Assembly: GCA_018334075.1 (NCBI GenBank)
Contig: JAGXSC010000010.1
Location: forward strand, 37,102-101,101
Direction: 5' to 3'
DNA: 64,000 nt
Origin: Actinomycetota bacterium
GTDB taxonomy: Bacteria; Actinomycetota; Coriobacteriia; Anaerosomatales; UBA912
Below are positions 61,732-64,000 of the stretch, piece after piece. The first letter of the stretch is position 1, and every line of letters starts with the position of its first letter. The notes under the pieces were generated by a model. It searched no databases. It was not told the DNA's origin and saw only the letters and a list, made by a program, of their open reading frames with translations. A program made the translations under genes and the position numbers.

Positions 61732-62922
61732 CTAAATCTACTTCAAAATCTTTGTTACTCGTCCCGAGCCTACGGTTCTTCCGCCTTCGCGGATCGCAAA
61801 TCTCAAGCCATCCTCCATCGCGATCGGGGCGATAAGCTCGCCGCGGATCTCCACGTTGTCACCGGGCATTACCATCTCAGTGCCCTCAGGCAGGTGAGCG
61901 ATACCGGTCACGTCTGTAGTACGGAAGTAAAACTGCGGGCGATACCCATCGAAAAACGGAGTGTGACGTCCGCCTTCTTCTTTGGTAAGCACGTAGACTT
62001 GGCCTAGGAACTCGGTGTGAGGAGTGATCGAGCCGGGCTTGCAAAGTACCTGGCCGCGCTCGATATCGGTGCGCGAGACGCCGCGCAAAAGCACGCCCAC
62101 GTTATCTCCGGCCTGAGCCTCATCGAGGAGCTTGCGAAACATCTCCACACCGGTAACGACGGTCTTGTGGGTATCGCGGATACCGACTATCTCGACGTCG
62201 TCTCCGACCTTTACCACGCCTCTTTCAACGCGGCCTGTAGCTACCGTACCGCGACCTGTGATGGTAAAGACGTCCTCTACCGCCATGAGGAATGGCTTGT
62301 CGATCTCGCGTACGGGAATCGGAACGTGGCTGTCTACCGCTGCGATAAGCTCAAAGATCGCCTCTTTGGCCGACTCGTCGCCCTCTAGCGCCTTTAGTGC
62401 CGAGCCCTTGATGACGGGTGTGTCATCGCCAGGAAACTCGTACTCGTTTAGCAGCTCGCGAATCTCAAGCTCTACAAGCTCGAGAAGTTCGGGATCATCG
62501 ACCATGTCTACCTTGTTCAAGAAGACCACGATGTGCGGAACGCCAACCTGACGGGCGAGCAGGATATGCTCGCGTGTCTGGGGCATGGGGCCATCCGCTG
62601 CCGAGACAACTAAGATAGCGCCGTCCATCTGCGCGGCACCGGTGATCATGTTCTTGACATAGTCAGCGTGACCCGGGCAGTCAACGTGAGCGTAGTGACG
62701 GGATTCAGACTCGTACTCTACGTGTGCGATAGCGATAGTGATACCGCGCTCACGCTCTTCGGGGGCTTTATCGATCTGGTCGAAGGGGGTGAAATCAGCC
62801 CACCCTTTTTCGGCAAGTGTCTTGGTGATAGCGGCAGTCAGCGTGGTCTTACCATGGTCGACGTGACCGATAGTGCCGATGTTGACGTGCGGCTTGGTGC
62901 GCTCAAACTTTTTCTTGGCCAT
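61732..62922 (-). repeat. tuf repeat copy B (direct repeat of 42715..43905)
   Basis: See copy A. Both copies are in the same orientation, about 19 kb apart. Confidence 0.9.
61738..62922 (-). CDS. tuf: Elongation factor Tu (copy 2)
   Basis: The ORF-track protein is identical, residue for residue, to the copy at 42721..43905. It lies between the tRNA cluster and rpmG. Confidence 0.97.
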   Translation of the reverse strand: MAKKKFERTKPHVNIGTIGHVDHGKTTLTAAITKTLAEKGWADFTPFDQIDKAPEERERGITIAIAHVEYESESRHYAHVDCPGHADYVKNMITGAAQMDGAILVVSAADGPMPQTREHILLARQVGVPHIVVFLNKVDMVDDPELLELVELEIRELLNEYEFPGDDTPVIKGSALKALEGDESAKEAIFELIAAVDSHVPIPVREIDKPFLMAVEDVFTITGRGTVATGRVERGVVKVGDDVEIVGIRDTHKTVVTGVEMFRKLLDEAQAGDNVGVLLRGVSRTDIERGQVLCKPGSITPHTEFLGQVYVLTKEEGGRHTPFFDGYRPQFYFRTTDVTGIAHLPEGTEMVMPGDNVEIRGELIAPIAMEDGLRFAIREGGRTVGSGRVTKILK

Positions 62923-63052
62923 TCAAGTCCTCCTAACGAGACTCGTCGCGGACGCCTGCCGAACCATCCGACAGTATACCGCTGCTTTCAAACCAATCCT
63001 TGGCTTCCATTACAACATACATCCAACGCGTATAACCGCGTATTGAGCTTCC

Positions 63053-63129
63053 TGGTAGCGGTGGCTGGACTCGAACCAGCGACTCCACGGGTATGAACCG
63101 TGTGCTCTAACCAGCTGAGCTACACCGCC
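63053..63129 (-). tRNA. tRNA-Met (anticodon CAT; elongator-type, but tRNA-Ile2 not excluded), CCA encoded
   Basis: Cloverleaf: GGCGGTG/CACCGCT acceptor (G1-U72), anticodon stem CACGG/CCGTG with loop TTCATAC. It lacks the initiator features (no 3 G-C pairs in the anticodon stem). Confidence 0.8.
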
Positions 63130-63156
63130 GTTATCGTCGGAAAACAACGATATTCA

Positions 63157-63232
<76 letters not shown>

Positions 63233-63271
63233 AGACTGCAGGCCAGGTCTCCCTGGCGAAAACCTGATGTG

Positions 63272-63356
63272 TGGTGGGGGCGCCAGGATTCGAACCTGGG
63301 TAGGCGTAGCCAACGGGTTTACAGCCCGTCCCCTTTAGCCACTCGGGCACACCCCC
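63272..63356 (-). tRNA. tRNA-Tyr (anticodon GTA), long variable arm, CCA encoded
   Basis: Cloverleaf: GGGGGTG/CGCCCCC acceptor, anticodon loop CTGTAAA, long extra arm. 85 nt. Confidence 0.9.
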
Positions 63357-63444
63357 ACAAAAAAATAAGCCCTCTTGTACTCTTTTCAAGTTGCGAAAGT
63401 CATACATTCAGGGCAGGCATAAGTATCCCGCCTGAAGCACTCGG

Positions 63445-63474
63445 ATAATACTGTATCGGTTTCTCAAGTGTCAA
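63445..63474 (-). promoter_or_regulatory. Candidate promoter for the tRNA-Tyr/Thr/Met-tuf unit
   Basis: Minus strand TTGACA-N18-TATTAT, about 90 nt upstream of tRNA-Tyr. Confidence 0.4.
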
Positions 63475-63550
63475 TGACAACAACGGTGCCGGGAGTATCT
63501 ATTCCCGCCGCAACCATGAAGCGAAGGCGCGGTAATCTAACTCTTTAGTA

Positions 63551-64000
63551 CTATGTATTCCCCTTTGCTCTCGAAAATACAGGTGAGACTGTTGTCACGG
63601 AGGCAATGGCGCTACTTACCTCCACTCGTGGGATAAGTCGAAACCACGCCGAATGATCTCCGCTTGCCACCGGCCGAGGCGTAAAAGATTCGAAGTTTTC
63701 TTCAAACCATCGGCGCAGCTCTAAAAGGGGCAATATGTGCAGCTCGTCTCTTTCAACCTGAAGTTCGGAAAAAAATACTTCGTCTGGCTCCGTGTAAAGG
63801 GCCGATATCTCCTGCTCCGTCTGAGCGAGAGCTACGAAGTAGTAATACAGCTGATCCGCCTGTGAGTTGAACATCCAGCCCGGCTCACGGGTTAAATTGT
63901 TCGATATCGCCTCAAACGCATAGTGCGACGCATCGGGTCGATAAAAACTCAGCGACCTGTCGATGATCTTTACAGGATCTACACCGAAGTAAGGATCCGG
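63551..64000 (-). CDS. Hypothetical protein, C-terminal part (ORF is open to the right edge)
   Basis: The track lists 63551..63874. My translation of the same frame upstream (PDPYFGVDPVKIIDRSLSFYRPDASHYAFEAISNNLTREPGW-MFNSQ...) has no stop up to position 64000, so the gene probably starts outside the window. No family recognised. Confidence 0.5.
   Translation of the reverse strand, partial: PDPYFGVDPVKIIDRSLSFYRPDASHYAFEAISNNLTREPGWMFNSQADQLYYYFVALAQTEQEISALYTEPDEVFFSELQVERDELHILPLLELRRWFEENFESFTPRPVASGDHSAWFRLIPRVEVSSAIASVTTVSPVFSRAKGNT

Noticed and set aside
42715-62922. tuf duplication as an assembly artefact or collapsed repeat
   Set aside because: Each copy has distinct, sensible flanks (fusA/rpsJ versus tRNA-Met/rpmG). 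The copies differ at about 24 positions, which is inconsistent with a mis-assembled identical repeat.

Overview
This window is almost entirely core genome, with about 90% of genes on the minus strand. The gene order resembles Actinobacteria: glmM-glmS-acpS-nnr-alr ... tsaE-tsaB-rimI/tsaD-groES, as in Mycobacterium, and RpoC carries a coiled-coil insert near residues 140-230. From right to left on the minus strand the window contains:
- a tRNA-Tyr/Thr/Met cluster, a second tuf copy, rpmG, tRNA-Trp, secE, nusG and rplKA;
- a small plus-strand island (B12-binding protein plus a MacB/FtsX-type ABC pair);
- rplJL, rpoBC, rpsL-rpsG-fusA-tuf, and the complete S10/spc/alpha ribosomal-protein clusters, including rpmJ, which the ORF track missed;
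- an ECF-transporter energizing module (ecfA1A2T), truA, rplM-rpsI, glmM, a plus-strand csp, glmS, acpS, nnr, a CBS protein and alr;
- a nine-gene V/A-type ATPase operon, a nitroreductase, a family-4 UDG, the t6A genes (tsaE, tsaB, a rimI-tsaD fusion), a CWB2-repeat secreted protein, and the 5' end of groES behind a promoter and CIRCE operator.

I found no CRISPR array, transposase, integrase, prophage or recognisable defence system, and I do not claim a novel multi-gene system. The observations most worth a second look are:
- an alpha-CTD-like helix-hairpin-helix domain at the end of a ~180-aa C-terminal extension of RNA polymerase beta-prime;
- a stand-alone CarH-like B12-binding module translationally coupled to an ABC exporter, sitting between rplA and rplJ;
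- the V-ATPase block lying inside an otherwise conserved alr/tsaE junction;
- two direct-repeat tuf copies that differ only at synonymous sites.

Many ORF-track starts are over-extended. I trimmed them where a Shine-Dalgarno sequence or translational coupling supports an internal start.
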